Assembly (NCBI GenBank): GCA_965649215.1
Contig: CBFGJZ010000014.1
Location: 1-40,292 of the forward strand
Direction: 5' to 3'
From: a candidate division WOR-3 bacterium
Lineage (GTDB): Bacteria > Hydrothermota > Tepidihabitantia > Tepidihabitantales > CAIPLT01
DNA: 40,292 bases
Below the pieces are notes generated by a model. It searched no databases. It saw only the letters and a list, made by a program, of their open reading frames with translations, and was not told the origin of the DNA. Positions 27,995-38,500 of the stretch are shown here, in pieces; position 1 is the stretch's first letter, and each line of letters starts with the position of its first letter. Made by a program: the position numbers and the translations under genes.

Positions 27995-29659
27995 CTATTT
28001 CAGACCCGTAATAAACCCGTTATCATCTAAATCAATGCTCATTGCATTCGGCACTTTCGGCAGACCCGGCATTAAATTGATATCACCGGCAATCGGCACC
28101 ACATATCCGGCACCCGAAAAGATGACGATCCGAGAGATTGTAATCTTAAAATTCTCGGGCGCACCGTACAACAACGGATTATCAGACAATGACATATTCG
28201 TCTTCGCAATACAGATTGGAAAATTATCGTATTTCAATTTACTAATCGTTTTTAAGTCTCTCTGTGCTTGCGTCGTATAAATCACATCCGCAGCACCATA
28301 CACTTCTTTGGCAACCTTATCAATTTTGGTCTCAATGCTATCATTCAAATCATACACGGGCATATAGGTAGAATCTCTTTTTTCAATGACTGCTTCTAAG
28401 GCTTGAGCCAATTCGACACTCCCCGCCCCCCCTTCTTGATAACCATTACAAGTTGCAAAGGCAACACCCTGATAATCACAATAGCCCTTGACAATTTTAA
28501 TCTCACGGGCTTTATCATTAGCAAATAAATTCAATGCTACGACTACGGGAATATTCATCTTTTTCATATTTTCAATATGTCGGCCTAAATTTTCTAATCC
28601 CTTTTTCAACTGAGCTTCATTAGCTTTATCCAGTTCTTTTTCTTTTGCACCCCCGTGGAACTTGAGCGCCCGCGTGGTTGCGACCACGACCGCACCATCA
28701 ATCGGTAATTCACCTTGACGCGCAACCAAATCAACAAACTTTTCTGCGCCTAAATCCGAACCAAAGCCCGCCTCGACAATTGTATATTGACATAACTTTA
28801 ATGCCATTTTCATAGAAATCAAACTTGTCGTCCCAAACGCAATATTGGCAAAACACCCGGTATGAACAAAAGCCGGGGTATTCTCAATCGTTTGCACTAA
28901 ATTCGGCTTTATCGCATCGCGTAATAAAACCGCCATACTGCCACACGCACCTAACTGACCCGCATACACCGGATTCTTCTTTTTATCATAAGCAATCAGA
29001 ATATTACACAAGCGACTCTTTAACTCTTTTAAGGAAGTAGAAAGGGCTAAGATTGCCATAATCTCTGAAGCGGGGGTAATGGTAAAACCATCTTCTCTTG
29101 CTGGGCCATTTGCTTTGCCACCCAGCCCAACTACGACATTGCGTAAACTGCGGTCGTTTAAATCAACGGTCCGTTTAAAAACAATCTCACGTTCATCAAT
29201 ATCCAGCTCATTACCAAAATGGATATGATTATCTAAAATCGAAGCCAAAAGATTATGCGCACTACTCACCGCATGAAAATCACCGGTAAAATGAAGATTA
29301 ATATCTTCTAAGGGTATCACTAAACACTTACCACCACCCGTGCCACCGCCTTTAAGACCAAAAATAGGTCCTAACGATGGTTGCCGCAGACAAACAATTG
29401 AACTCTTGCCAATTTTATTAAACGCCATTGATAAACCAATTGAAACCGTTGTCTTACCTTCACCAAATGGAGTTGGGGTCATCGCGGTGACTAAAATTAA
29501 CTTACCATTGGGTTTGTTTTTTATCTTATCATAAAACTTAAGCGATACCTTTGCTTTATAATTACCACAGGGAATCAATAAAGATGGCTCGATTGCTAAT
29601 TTCTCGGCAATTTCAAAGATTGGTTTTGGTTTTGTTGACCTAATTAATTTATCTGTCAT
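27995..29659 (-). CDS. fhs: Formate--tetrahydrofolate ligase
   Basis: TPTPFGEGKTT, RQPSLGP.FG.KGG, INLHFTGDFHA, EAGFGSDLGAEKF, CIAKT..SLSD, MPGLPK.P. Confidence 0.95.
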   Translation of the reverse strand: MTDKLIRSTKPKPIFEIAEKLAIEPSLLIPCGNYKAKVSLKFYDKIKNKPNGKLILVTAMTPTPFGEGKTTVSIGLSMAFNKIGKSSIVCLRQPSLGPIFGLKGGGTGGGKCLVIPLEDINLHFTGDFHAVSSAHNLLASILDNHIHFGNELDIDEREIVFKRTVDLNDRSLRNVVVGLGGKANGPAREDGFTITPASEIMAILALSTSLKELKSRLCNILIAYDKKKNPVYAGQLGACGSMAVLLRDAIKPNLVQTIENTPAFVHTGCFANIAFGTTSLISMKMALKLCQYTIVEAGFGSDLGAEKFVDLVARQGELPIDGAVVVATTRALKFHGGAKEKELDKANEAQLKKGLENLGRHIENMKKMNIPVVVALNLFANDKAREIKIVKGYCDYQGVAFATCNGYQEGGAGSVELAQALEAVIEKRDSTYMPVYDLNDSIETKIDKVAKEVYGAADVIYTTQAQRDLKTISKLKYDNFPICIAKTNMSLSDNPLLYGAPENFKITISRIVIFSGAGYVVPIAGDINLMPGLPKVPNAMSIDLDDNGFITGLK

Positions 29660-29950
29660 ATTTCACTTCTCTTTCTCTTTGGAATTAACTCATAATAATT
29701 TTACACATAAAACATAATTAGTCAATGATATCTCTAAGTGAACAATTTAATATGCTATCTTTCCGAATTGATGAGTTTAAATTTGACTAAAACCAAATCC
29801 AATTTTGTAAGTTTTTAATAATCAATCAATTATTTCACTGTGTAAAAGAAATAAAACACTTGACAAGAAATATCTTAAATATTATAATTATCTGCTATAA
29901 ATCTTTAATAAAGATTTAATTTGTTTAGCAGAAAGGTGGAATGAGTATTT

Positions 29951-30157
29951 GTGCCAGTTAGTGGTAAAGTAAAATGGTTCGATGGCAAAAAAGGCTTTGG
30001 TTTTATCGAATCGGAAGATGGTAGTGGCGATGTTTTTGTTCACTATGCTGATATTACTGGTGAAGGCTATAAGACCCTTCATCAAGGTGATCGGGTAGAA
30101 TTTGAATTAGAAGACACACCCAAAGGAAAAAAAGCAATCAAAGTCGTAAAGCTATAA
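29951..30157 (+). CDS. Cold-shock protein (CspA family)
   Basis: GKVKWF..KKGFGFI, DVFVHY, GYKTL..G..VEF. Promoter TTGACA...TATAAT at about 29860-29888 gives a longer leader. Confidence 0.95.
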   Translation: MPVSGKVKWFDGKKGFGFIESEDGSGDVFVHYADITGEGYKTLHQGDRVEFELEDTPKGKKAIKVVKL

Positions 30158-30170
30158 AGTAATTAAAATA

Positions 30171-30212
30171 ATAGTGGTGCGTAATTGTTAACCGCAAGTA
30201 ACGCACCATTAT
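30171..30212 (+). terminator. Hairpin downstream of the cold-shock gene, probable terminator
   Basis: ATAGTGGTGCGT ... ACGCACCATTAT followed by an AT-rich tail. Confidence 0.6.
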
Positions 30213-30278
30213 ATTATTATCGCTCCTTTTCCGTATCAAAAATAGTTGACAACTGCTAAAATTTAAGTAGTCTAATAT

Positions 30279-30824
30279 ATGGTGCGGATTTTTTTAAGCT
30301 TGGGATCAAACCTTCAAAGACGCGAAGACAATCTTTTCGGTGCCGTCCAAATGCTCAATGATAATGATATCACAATTAAAAAAATATCCGCGATTTATGA
30401 AAGCAATGCCTCAGAACCGATAAAATTTTTTCATCTCACTCTGCCAATGCAACCCCACCAAAATCGCTATCTTAATTGTGTTCTCGAAGCCGATACCAAT
30501 GATGAACCAAACCAGTTATTGACAAAGATTTTAAAGATTGAAAAAACCTTAGGTCGGAAACGCTACTTGGGGGTTAAAAATCTGCCCCGCCCTATTGATA
30601 TTGATATCTTATTCTATGATAAGTTAATCATCAACCGTCCCAATTTACAAGTTCCGCATCCGCGTCTGCACCTGCGAGATTTTGTCTTATTGCCTTTAGC
30701 CGAACTCGCGCCTGATTTTGTCCATCCGATCTTAAATAAACCGATTAAACAATTAGTAAGTGAAATTAAATATCACCAAGGAGTATCAATTTGGCAAAAA
30801 ACAATCACGACGCCATCACCTTAA
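30279..30824 (+). CDS. folK: 2-amino-4-hydroxy-6-hydroxymethyldihydropteridine pyrophosphokinase
   Basis: FLSLGSNL, YLNCV, IEKTLGR, PRPIDIDIL, VPHPRLHLRDFVLLPL. Confidence 0.95.
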   Translation: MVRIFLSLGSNLQRREDNLFGAVQMLNDNDITIKKISAIYESNASEPIKFFHLTLPMQPHQNRYLNCVLEADTNDEPNQLLTKILKIEKTLGRKRYLGVKNLPRPIDIDILFYDKLIINRPNLQVPHPRLHLRDFVLLPLAELAPDFVHPILNKPIKQLVSEIKYHQGVSIWQKTITTPSP

Positions 30825-31453
30825 ACTATCTTGCGATTGAAGGCATGATTGGTGTTGGCAAAACCGCGCTCGCTACGAAAATTGCCGAACGACTAAAAGC
30901 CCGGTTAGTCACGGAAGAAGTTGATGAAAATCCGTTCTTAGCCAATTTCTATCAAGATATGCGCACTTATGCGTTAGCCACCCAACTCTTTTTCTTATTA
31001 TCCCGCCACCGTCAGCAGCAGCAATTAAGTCAACAATCGCTCTTTCAACAAAAGATCGTTACCGATTATGCTTTTGTCAAAGACCGTATTTTTGCCTACA
31101 TCAATCTTTCAGAACACGAAATCACGCTCTATGAAAAAATCTATTCCTTTTTAGAAAAAGATATCTTAAAACCCGATTTAATTGTTTACTTGCAAGCACC
31201 CGTTGAAATATTAATTGAACGCATTAGAAAACGCGGTCGCAGTTATGAACAAGATATTGACCCGGACTATTTACAAGTCCTCTCGGATGCTTATAATCGG
31301 TTCTTTTTACATTATGATGCAACGCCACTCTTAATTGTTAATACGACTAATATTGATTTTGTCAAAAACGAACAAGACTTTTTAGATCTATTCCAAGAGA
31401 TAGTCAATACAACTTCGGGTCGTAAATTCTACTCACCGAAAGCAAAAAAGTAA
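30791..31453 (+). CDS. Deoxynucleoside kinase (dGK/dAK family)
   Basis: IEGMIGVGKT, ENPFL..FY, QLFFLLSR, PDLIVYL, RI.KRGR.YE; TTG start after AAGGAG. Confidence 0.92.
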   Translation: MAKNNHDAITLNYLAIEGMIGVGKTALATKIAERLKARLVTEEVDENPFLANFYQDMRTYALATQLFFLLSRHRQQQQLSQQSLFQQKIVTDYAFVKDRIFAYINLSEHEITLYEKIYSFLEKDILKPDLIVYLQAPVEILIERIRKRGRSYEQDIDPDYLQVLSDAYNRFFLHYDATPLLIVNTTNIDFVKNEQDFLDLFQEIVNTTSGRKFYSPKAKK

Positions 31454-31463
31454 GAAAACACTA

Positions 31464-32276
31464 ATGCTGTCCAAAGTAACAATTCCTGCTCTCCTTAAGA
31501 TGAAACAAGAAGGTAAAAAGATTGTCTGTTTAACTGCTTACGATTATCTTACGGCCCAGATTTTTGACCAAGCCGGGATTGACTTAATTTTAGTTGGTGA
31601 TTCAGCAGCCAATGTTATCTATGGACATAGCACCACTTTACCAATTGGCATGCCCGAGATGTTAAGTCATACCCAAGCGGTCAGTAAAGCTGCCAAACGA
31701 GCATTGGTCGTGGCAGATATGCCATTTATGTCTTATCAACCATCAATTGATGTTGCTTTAAAAAATGCTGGCGACTTTCTAAAAGCAGGTGCGCAAGCCG
31801 TAAAACTTGAAGGCGGCCGGGAAATTTTAGAAATCGCCGATAAACTAATAAAATATGGTATCCCGGTGATGGGACATTTGGGTCTCACACCCCAATCCGT
31901 ACATCGGTTTGGTGGTTATAAACTACAAGCAACCAATCAAGCAGCTCAAAGACGACTCTTACAAGATGCATTACAATTACAAAATATCGGTTGTTTTGCG
32001 ATTGTTTTAGAAAAGATCCCTGCTCAATTTGCCAAAAAAGTAACAAAAACCTTAAAAATTCCTACTATCGGCATTGGTGCTGGTCCTTACTGTGATGGCC
32101 AAATCTTAGTTTGGCAAGATATGTTAGGACTAAGCGAAATAAAACTTAAGTTTGTTAAACAGTACGCGGCGTTGCGTAAGATTATCTGGCAAGCCGTAAA
32201 AACTTATCAAAAAGAAGTTCAAGAAGGAACATTTCCTACTTTAGAACACAGTTTTACAAACAATGAATGTCCCTAA
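31464..32276 (+). CDS. panB: 3-methyl-2-oxobutanoate hydroxymethyltransferase
   Basis: LTAYD, LVGDS, ADMPFMSY, VKLEGG, MGHLGLTPQ, IGIGAG..CDGQILV. Confidence 0.97.
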   Translation: MLSKVTIPALLKMKQEGKKIVCLTAYDYLTAQIFDQAGIDLILVGDSAANVIYGHSTTLPIGMPEMLSHTQAVSKAAKRALVVADMPFMSYQPSIDVALKNAGDFLKAGAQAVKLEGGREILEIADKLIKYGIPVMGHLGLTPQSVHRFGGYKLQATNQAAQRRLLQDALQLQNIGCFAIVLEKIPAQFAKKVTKTLKIPTIGIGAGPYCDGQILVWQDMLGLSEIKLKFVKQYAALRKIIWQAVKTYQKEVQEGTFPTLEHSFTNNECP

Positions 32277-32305
32277 AATTATCCTATTAAGATAAAAATC
32301 CAACG

Positions 32306-33151
32306 ATGAAAATAATTCGCAGTCCCCAAAAGATGCAACAGATCGCTAAAAAAATCCATTTTCAAAAAAAGACCATCGGTTTTGTGCCGACCATGGGTTA
32401 TCTCCATCAGGGCCATCTCAATTTAATAAAAATTGCCCGTCAGAAGTCAGATATCGTGGTCGTAAGTATCTTTGTAAATCCGATCCAATTTGGTCCGAAA
32501 GAAGACCTGCTCAGTTATCCCCGCGATTTTAAACGAGATAGAAAATTATTAGCCAAAGAACAAGTCGATTATATCTTTTATCCGAATGTTAAAGCCATGT
32601 ATCCGAAAAATTATGCGACCTTTATTGAATTACCGTCGCTATCCAATGTTTTATGTGGTAAATCTCGACCCGGCCATTTCAAAGGCGTTGCTACGGTGGT
32701 TGCTAAACTCTTTAATATTGTCCAACCCGATGTGGCAGTCTTTGGTCAAAAAGATGCTCAGCAAGCAGTGATTATTAAACAGATGACTAAAGACCTAAAC
32801 TTCCCCATCAAAATTATTATCGCGCCCACAACTCGTGAAAAAGACGGACTGGCTATGAGTTCTCGTAATATCTACTTATCTAAAGTAGAGCGCGAACAAG
32901 CCACTGTCTTACATCATGCCTTAAAACATGCTCAAACGATGATTAAAAACGGTGAAAAAAACGCTCCCAAAATCAAAGCATTAATGGAAGAACTTATCGA
33001 ATCAATGCCTGATGCTAAAATTGATTATATTGAAATTGTAAATGCCGACAATTTACAACCGATCACAACAATCAAAGGCAAAGTCTTAATTGCCTTAGCA
33101 GTCAAATTCGGTAAAGCCCGACTCATTGACAATGCTCTTGTCAAAACTTAA
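32306..33151 (+). CDS. panC: Pantoate--beta-alanine ligase
   Basis: FVPTMGYLHQGH, SIFVNPIQF, RPGHFKGV, FGQKDAQQ, DGLAMSSRN, RLIDN. Confidence 0.97.
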   Translation: MKIIRSPQKMQQIAKKIHFQKKTIGFVPTMGYLHQGHLNLIKIARQKSDIVVVSIFVNPIQFGPKEDLLSYPRDFKRDRKLLAKEQVDYIFYPNVKAMYPKNYATFIELPSLSNVLCGKSRPGHFKGVATVVAKLFNIVQPDVAVFGQKDAQQAVIIKQMTKDLNFPIKIIIAPTTREKDGLAMSSRNIYLSKVEREQATVLHHALKHAQTMIKNGEKNAPKIKALMEELIESMPDAKIDYIEIVNADNLQPITTIKGKVLIALAVKFGKARLIDNALVKT

Positions 33152-33517
33152 TTCTATCTTAATCATTTACAATTAACTTACAAATACCCCCTCCTCTCTT
33201 GTAACATACATAACAACATCTTAGGATTACAGTCTCATGTTAGTTCTCCTGCTCCTTATCACATCATATTCAGTAATAAACAAAATTTATAATCTCATCT
33301 CATTATTGAGATTTAACTAACCACTCAAATTATAATAAAACTTCTCACCCAACACCTCTCATCATCTAACTTATAATTTCACAATTTCAATAACTTTAAT
33401 AATGATCTCCTACACTATACCCCTAATTTACTGAATGTTAGTGCTACTTATTGATTTTCAATTTCTTTGGTGAAAATTTAAGTCAATTTATATTCTATTT
33501 ATATTTAGAATATTTGT

Positions 33518-34414
33518 TTAAGGAATTAAACTGAACAAATAGCCAATGGCCAGTCCAATCACACTGATTACGCTTAAATAAATGAGCATCACTTTTAGGC
33601 CAAATTTTTTACTCACCACTAAAATTGTTGAGTAAGATGTAATCGGTCCGATTAAAAGTAAGACCATACCGGCTCCGGCGGGCATACCCTGTTTAATCAT
33701 TGCATGGACAAAGGGGGGACTGGAAGTTGAGCAAAAATACATCACAATTCCGAAAATCAAGGCAAAGAGATACGAAAACCCACCTGATAAGAATTGCCTA
33801 ATAAAAATTCCAACCGGTGTCACAGCGGAAACGATTGCGGCAAGCAATATGCCAAGCAGTGTTAATAATCCAATTTCTTTGGGCATATCAATAAGTGCAA
33901 ATTTCAAAATTGATTTAATCCGATTACCCATCCCGTGATGGCATTGGCATTTATCTTCACTCAAACCGCAATGCGCACAGTTTTCTTCTGGCGTATCCGC
34001 TTTTGGTTTATAAATAAGCAGATTACCAATAATCCCAATCAATAAACCAAGCACAATCACTGCTAAAAAAATATAGATTGCAAATTTAAGTCCGAACAAA
34101 CGATAGGTTACTAACAAAGCACTGATTGAAGTTGCCGGGGTGGCCACTAAAAATGCTAAAATCGGTCCTAATTTAATACCCTTTTTATGAAATGTGACTG
34201 CCAATGGTAAAGTGCCCCAGCAACAGATTGGCAAAAAAATTCCAATCAATGTTAACAAAAAAATCGGTTTCAATCCCTCTCCTGATAAATACTTACTTAC
34301 GATTGATTCTGATATAAACTCATGAATTATGCCGGATAATAAAAAACCGATCGCTAACGCAGGGGCAATATTATACAAGTAATGTAAAAAACTTTGTATG
34401 ATCGTTAAAACCAT
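33518..34414 (-). CDS. ArsP/DUF318-family predicted permease
   Basis: LPICCWGTLP, AFLVATP, central Cys/His-rich loop (CAHCG...CQCHH), MYFCS, LLIGP. Confidence 0.85.
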   Translation of the reverse strand: MVLTIIQSFLHYLYNIAPALAIGFLLSGIIHEFISESIVSKYLSGEGLKPIFLLTLIGIFLPICCWGTLPLAVTFHKKGIKLGPILAFLVATPATSISALLVTYRLFGLKFAIYIFLAVIVLGLLIGIIGNLLIYKPKADTPEENCAHCGLSEDKCQCHHGMGNRIKSILKFALIDMPKEIGLLTLLGILLAAIVSAVTPVGIFIRQFLSGGFSYLFALIFGIVMYFCSTSSPPFVHAMIKQGMPAGAGMVLLLIGPITSYSTILVVSKKFGLKVMLIYLSVISVIGLAIGYLFSLIP

Positions 34415-34497
34415 AACAAATATTATATCCTATTATTACAATAAAGTAAATAATCTTATGCTACTTGACAAATCAAAATAAAAAATTAATATAAGAT

Positions 34498-34803
34498 ATG
34501 AAACTATTAATCTTTGGTCGAGATAGTTGTGAAGCATGTAAATCAATAAAAGAAAAAATTGAATATTACAATAATAAGTACACCCCGATTCCCTTAGAAT
34601 ACTACGATGTTGACAGTGTTGACGGACTGGCCGAAAGTGCTTATCGAAGTGTCCCGGATATTCCGACCGTCATTTTACTTAAAGATGGCCAAGAGATAAA
34701 ACGATGGGTAAAATCCGCCCCAATCTTTTCTGAATTAAATCAATTAGTTAACCAGCTACAAACAAAAGAAAATTCAACCGATAAAGATCTGACGAGTAAA
34801 TAA
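34498..34803 (+). CDS. Small thioredoxin/glutaredoxin-like protein (NrdH-like)
   Basis: CEAC motif, DGLAE, cis-Pro-like IPTVIL, GQEIKRW. Confidence 0.8.
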   Translation: MKLLIFGRDSCEACKSIKEKIEYYNNKYTPIPLEYYDVDSVDGLAESAYRSVPDIPTVILLKDGQEIKRWVKSAPIFSELNQLVNQLQTKENSTDKDLTSK

Positions 34804-34846
34804 ATTAAACTAACGCAATTTAATAGTTCATCAAGACTATAGCTCA

Positions 34847-35545
34847 ATGCAAATTCGGGGTTTTCTGGAAACATCCCTCGTCGATTGGGATAAAAAAGTG
34901 GTATCCGTCATCTTTGTTGGCGGTTGTAATTTTCACTGTCCGTTCTGTCAGAACTCAGAACTGGCCGACGATTCGGAAAAATTACCCCCTTTTGATTGGC
35001 AAGAGATAAAAAAGAAACTAGTAAAAAAACAAAGGTGGATTGATGGCGTTGTCGTTTCTGGTGGTGAACCAATGATGCACCCAGAAATTTTCGGACTCTT
35101 CATGAAAATCAAAGAACTCGGTTTGAAAATCAAAGTTGATACCAATGGGTATTATCCTTATCCCTTAAAAGAAGCAATTGAACTGGGGTTGATTGATTAT
35201 GTCGCAATGGACATCAAAACAACTCTGGATAAAAAATACTTCCAAGCTGTTGGCCGCAAAATTCATTTAGTGGTCATTGAGCGTACCATTCAATTACTTA
35301 AAGAGTGTGGTCTTGATTATGAATTTCGGATCACCATGGTGCCCACCTTAGTTGGTAAAGCAGAACTGCTCAAAATTACCCAACAAATCGCTCCGGCTAA
35401 AAAGATCGTCCTTCAAAAATTTGTGCCCGAAAATTCGCGGCTTAAAACTTATCGCAAATTAAAAACTTATACCCCAGAACAAGCCACGGAATTCCAAAAT
35501 CTCCTTAAAAAATATTTCTCTGAAGTCACCCTGCGCGGTTTCTAA
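34847..35545 (+). CDS. nrdG: Anaerobic ribonucleoside-triphosphate reductase activating protein (radical SAM, NrdG family)
   Basis: SLVDW, GCNFHCPFCQN (CxxxCxxC), VVSGGEP, KVDTNG, DYVAMDIK, YEFRIT.VP. Confidence 0.85.
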   Translation: MQIRGFLETSLVDWDKKVVSVIFVGGCNFHCPFCQNSELADDSEKLPPFDWQEIKKKLVKKQRWIDGVVVSGGEPMMHPEIFGLFMKIKELGLKIKVDTNGYYPYPLKEAIELGLIDYVAMDIKTTLDKKYFQAVGRKIHLVVIERTIQLLKECGLDYEFRITMVPTLVGKAELLKITQQIAPAKKIVLQKFVPENSRLKTYRKLKTYTPEQATEFQNLLKKYFSEVTLRGF

Positions 35546-35555
35546 CTATTCTCTT

Positions 35556-38500
35556 TTACTTTAGAATTATTTTAATGGTTTCTTGTTTACCACCAATTTC
35601 GCTTCGCAAATGATACACCCCAGCTGGAATATTTAATTCTGCTTTTGATAATGTGATGACATATCGACCTTGTGCCAAATTCTGATTTAAAATACTGCAC
35701 ACCACCTTGCCGAGATTATCATACAATCTCAGTTTCACCAAGTCGCTTTTTCCTAAAGTCAAATTAATCTGTCCAACATTTTTAATTGGATTGGGAGATA
35801 CTGACATTGCATTGTTAAAGTGAACATTACTCATCATGGTGACTTGTGCATTTTGATTAGTTATACTTCTTATCGGTTGTTCTTTAATATCTGCATAAGG
35901 GAAAAATTTCCAGAATTCCGGTGTGTTATTCCCTTTCAGAAGACAAACATTAATCCCATCAAACGCCAAGCAAGCACCATTTTTGGGCACTGATTTAGAA
36001 CTCGTATTCAGTTTTGGAATCAAGGATAGAGAAGTCCAGCTATTTATAGCAGGAGTATATTGCCAAAATTCATTAGAACCACCACCTTTGATAGCATAAA
36101 TTACATTCCCATCAGTTGTTAAAGCACCACCATCTTTTACTGTTTTAGGCTTTAGGATATTAGGATGTACCAATGGTAAATTAGCTCTATTTTCCCAACT
36201 GTTGGTGTTAATGTTATAAGCATAAAAATAATTATTTTTGGATTTGCCTTTTAAACAGAATATCGTATCTCCTACTACAACAATTGCACTGCCTTCCTTA
36301 AAAGATCTACTATCTACAGTCGGCGCTTTTTCCAAAGCCGTCCAGTTTTGTTCAACTGTATCGTAAGCATAGAAATTTGACAACCCGACTTTCACGCCTC
36401 CAACTAAAATATAAACTCTACCATTTTTAAAGGCAAGCGAGGTACCTCCTTTGAATGCCTTAATCGGTGGATTCGGCACATAACTCAAAAACCGCCAAGT
36501 ACTACTCGATATCGAATACACCCATAATTCACGAGTGTTATTACCTTTAGTTGCATAAATATTGTCATGACCATCAAAACATAATGCTCCACCTTTTGCT
36601 ACGGATTTATAATTCGGGATAGGTTCGCTCGGTTTATTAGCATATGGCATGTCAGGCAATCTCTGCCATGCTGTATCGTATTTATAAAATTCTCGAGATT
36701 TATTACCCCGTAATGCGTATAGTGAATAAGGAAGATTTTCGTTGTTTTTATTTACCCCAACCATAGCTCCACCGTCTTTGACATATTTTCCGGCAACCGC
36801 TGTTGCAATATTTTCTTTTTGTGTCCAACCCGGGGTACCTAAAATTACCCTAAAATTCTGCTCTTGTGAAAAAGCACTCCAATTTCCTGCTGCATCTCGA
36901 GCTCTAACTTTCCATGCGTAATCGCCGTTTTCAAAATTGCTACCAAGATAACTTGTATCATTTAAATAAGTATTAATTAAATCCGCTTGGTTTGAACTCA
37001 CCACTAAATTGTATTGGACGGCATCAGATATTGCTTGCCATATAAAATTTACTGATGAAGTAATCACTAAACTACCAGCAAGTGGTAATAATAAATTAGG
37101 CACCGACGGTGGAATATAATCGCCAATTGCAAAAGAACGGATCATGCGATCATTTGCCGGATTCTGATCGCCAGTTAACTTAGTTCTAAATTTAACTGTA
37201 CATTGTTCAATCACAGTTGGTAGCCACGGATTAAAATTTACTCGCACCGTATCACCAGGATTAATTGATATTACACTTTGCGTATTGTTATAACGAATCG
37301 CACCGTTCGTACCAATAATCGTGCAAGTTACCTGAAAATTAGTCTGCGTTGCAGTTGCATAATTTTTTACTCGAATAACCGGTTGGCAAGAAGTGCTAAC
37401 TTGATGCTGGCTGGTTGGATAAATAATCGCATCTACACCAACATCTTTGGAAACAGCATTATAAACATTAAAACCGATACCTATAATATCATCAATGTAC
37501 CAACCAGGTTTAAAAATTGTATTATCACTACCAAAATGCCATCTTACAAAGAATCTCTGTCCAGAACTTACCGGCAAAATAAATTCGACTTGTTGCCAGC
37601 TCGTTGAAGTACCATAAAAACACGATTCGCTGGGAATACCTGCATTACCAGGAGCTGCTCTTTTTCCATAACCACTTGTTGGTCTAATCACAGTCCAAGT
37701 AACACCGCTGTCTGTGGAAATTTTCACATTACCACCGTCATAAGCAATATTGCTTGAATACTCAAAATCATACCAATGCCAGAATTTTAAAACAGGATTA
37801 TTCTGAGAAGCAACAAATTCACGACTGGTTAATTTCCAGTTTGCATTATTACTATAATTAGCTGCAATTTTTGTACCCCAACATTTTACTCCAGAATATG
37901 CTGAACTTGGACCAACTGATGTCGGAGTTCCCCATTGCCAACAGGTATCAACTGGATTTGCCAAATAACTGCCATTACTTGATTCGAAATTTTCAATATA
38001 TGGATCAACCAAGACACTAAAACTTACCGTATCATTATAAACCCCTGATATTATAATAATCGAAAATGTAACGCTCGTGCCCAATGGTGTTGAGGGACTT
38101 ACTGAAACCGTATAAGGGTCTGATGCATTTGTTGCTGAACTGTTAATACCAATTGTACCAAAATTACCAATCGAATCAATAATAGTAATATACGGTAAGG
38201 TAGTTTTAAGTTTAGTCGTAACATTGGCTGCAATCGCACCTCCTTCATTTTTCAAAGTAACGATAATATTTGCGGTCTCACCGACATTTAAAACACCATC
38301 ACCATTGCCACCGCTAATTATATTACTTTGATAAGTGATATCAGGCGCATAAACAGTCACACTGCAACTAGAAGTCCAGACATTATTAAGACCATCTTTA
38401 AACTGCAAAGATAAATTTACGACTCTACCATTCGGACAATTATTTGCCGTACGGAATTGATAATAAGGATTGGATAATACTGAATCATTAGCATTAATGG

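Noticed and set aside
30279..33151. folK-dNK-panB-panC cluster lacking panD
   Set aside because: This is a common conserved arrangement; panD is often encoded elsewhere.
33152..33517. Long G-poor intergenic region between convergent panC and permease genes
   Set aside because: No ORF, repeat or stable structure was recognisable; compositional skew alone is insufficient.
283..37607. Short antisense or out-of-frame ORFs in the ORF track (e.g. 283-585, 7623-8003, 11645-12082, 13402-13761, 17207-17428, 29888-30085, 37278-37607)
   Set aside because: They overlap well-supported genes and show no recognisable motifs or translation signals; they are shadow ORFs.
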